Of a stretch of DNA of 64,000 bases, positions 62,940 to 64,000 are shown piece by piece. The position numbers and the translations under genes were made by a program. The stretch spans positions 2,606,001-2,670,000 of the forward strand of contig CM075993.1 of the NCBI GenBank assembly GCA_038087875.1, read 5' to 3'. Within the stretch, counting starts at the first letter, position 1, and each line of letters opens with the position of its first letter. The stretch comes from Malacoraja senta (Eukaryota). A model generated the notes under the pieces. That model had not been told where the DNA came from. It was given only the letters and a program-made list of their open reading frames with translations, and made no database searches.

Positions 62940-64000
62940 TAAGTTGTTGGAACAGAATTAGGCCATTCGGCCCATCAAGTCTACTCCGCCATTCAATCAT
63001 GGCGGATCTATCTTTCCCTCTCAACCCCATTCTCCTGCCTTCTCCCCATAGCCCCTGACACCCGCACTAATGATGAATCTGTCAATTTCAACTCTAGAAA
63101 ATACCTAATGACGGCCACCACAGCCTTCGGTGGCAATGAATTCCACAGATTCATCACACTCTGACTGAAGAAATTCCTCCTTATCTCCTTTCTAAATGTA
63201 CATCCTTTTATTCTGAGGCTGTGGCCTCTGGTCCTAGACTCAACCACTAGTGGAAACATCCTCTTCACATTCAGTCTATTCAGGTTGTCACTATTCGGTA
63301 CTCCTCAATGAGGTGCCCCCTCATCCTTCTAAACTCCAGCAAGTTCAGGCCCAGTGCCGTCAAACGCTCATCATATGTTAACCCAATCATTCCTGGGATC
63401 ATTCTCTTAAACCTTCTGTGGACCCTCTCCAGCGGCAGCACATCCGTCCTCAGATACGGGGCCCAATACTGCTCACAATACTCGAAATGCAGTTTGACCA
63501 GTGCCTTATAAAACAATAGACAATAGACAATAGGTGCAGGAGCAGGCCATTTGGCCCTTCAAGCCAGCACCGCCATTCACTGTGATCATGGCTGATCATC
63601 CCCAATCAGTACCCCGTTCCTGCCTTCATATCCCCTGACTCCGCTATTTTTAAGAGCCCTATCTAGCTCTCTCTTGAAAGTATCCAGAGAACCTGCCTCC
63701 ACCGCCCTCTGAGGCAGAGAATTCCACAGACTCACCACTCTCTGTGAGACAAAGTGTTTCCTCCTCTCCCTTCTAAATGGCTTACTCCTTATTCTTAAAC
63801 TGTGGCCCCTGGTTCTGGACTCCCCCAACATCGGGAACATGTTTCCTGCCTCTAGCGTGTCCAAGCCCTTAACAATCTTATATGTTTCAATGAGATGCCC
63901 TCTCACCCTTCTAAACTCCTGAGTGTACAAGCCCAGCTGCTCCATTCTCTCAGCATATGACAGTCCCGCCATCCCAGGAATTAAACCCAGCATTACATCC
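62940..64000 (-). mobile_element. Two tandem CR1 3' fragments (62940-63512, 63513-64000)
   Basis: YKALVKLHFEYCEQYWAP and RGHLIETYKIVKG...RVVSLWNSLP. The second copy has a (ctattgt)n tail. Confidence 0.88.

Overview
Eukaryotic, repeat-rich vertebrate genomic DNA. The V-SINE/CR1/Penelope repeat content suggests a cartilaginous fish such as a skate or ray (inference). The left half holds a complete minus-strand pyruvate kinase M gene (PKM). It has 10 coding exons per isoform (ATG 27889, TGA 4363, 1605 nt, 534 aa), two mutually exclusive 167-nt exons in the M1/M2 positions, a GC-AG intron, an ATTAAA poly(A) signal at 3901 and a GC-rich putative promoter at about 32.7-33.3 kb. The right half has no recognisable host coding exon. 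It contains a near-intact Passport-like Tc1 transposon (one 4-bp deletion), CR1/L1/V-SINE fragments, Harbinger and hAT MITEs, two AT-rich minisatellites and a possible divergent promoter/first exon near 47.8 kb. The three most interesting signals are: (1) a very abundant family of short fold-back elements derived from Penelope 3' ends, with variable-length target-site duplications and a hammerhead-ribozyme-like core; (2) an M1-position exon that is a mosaic of M1 and M2 allosteric determinants; (3) the Passport-like element as a horizontal-transfer candidate.
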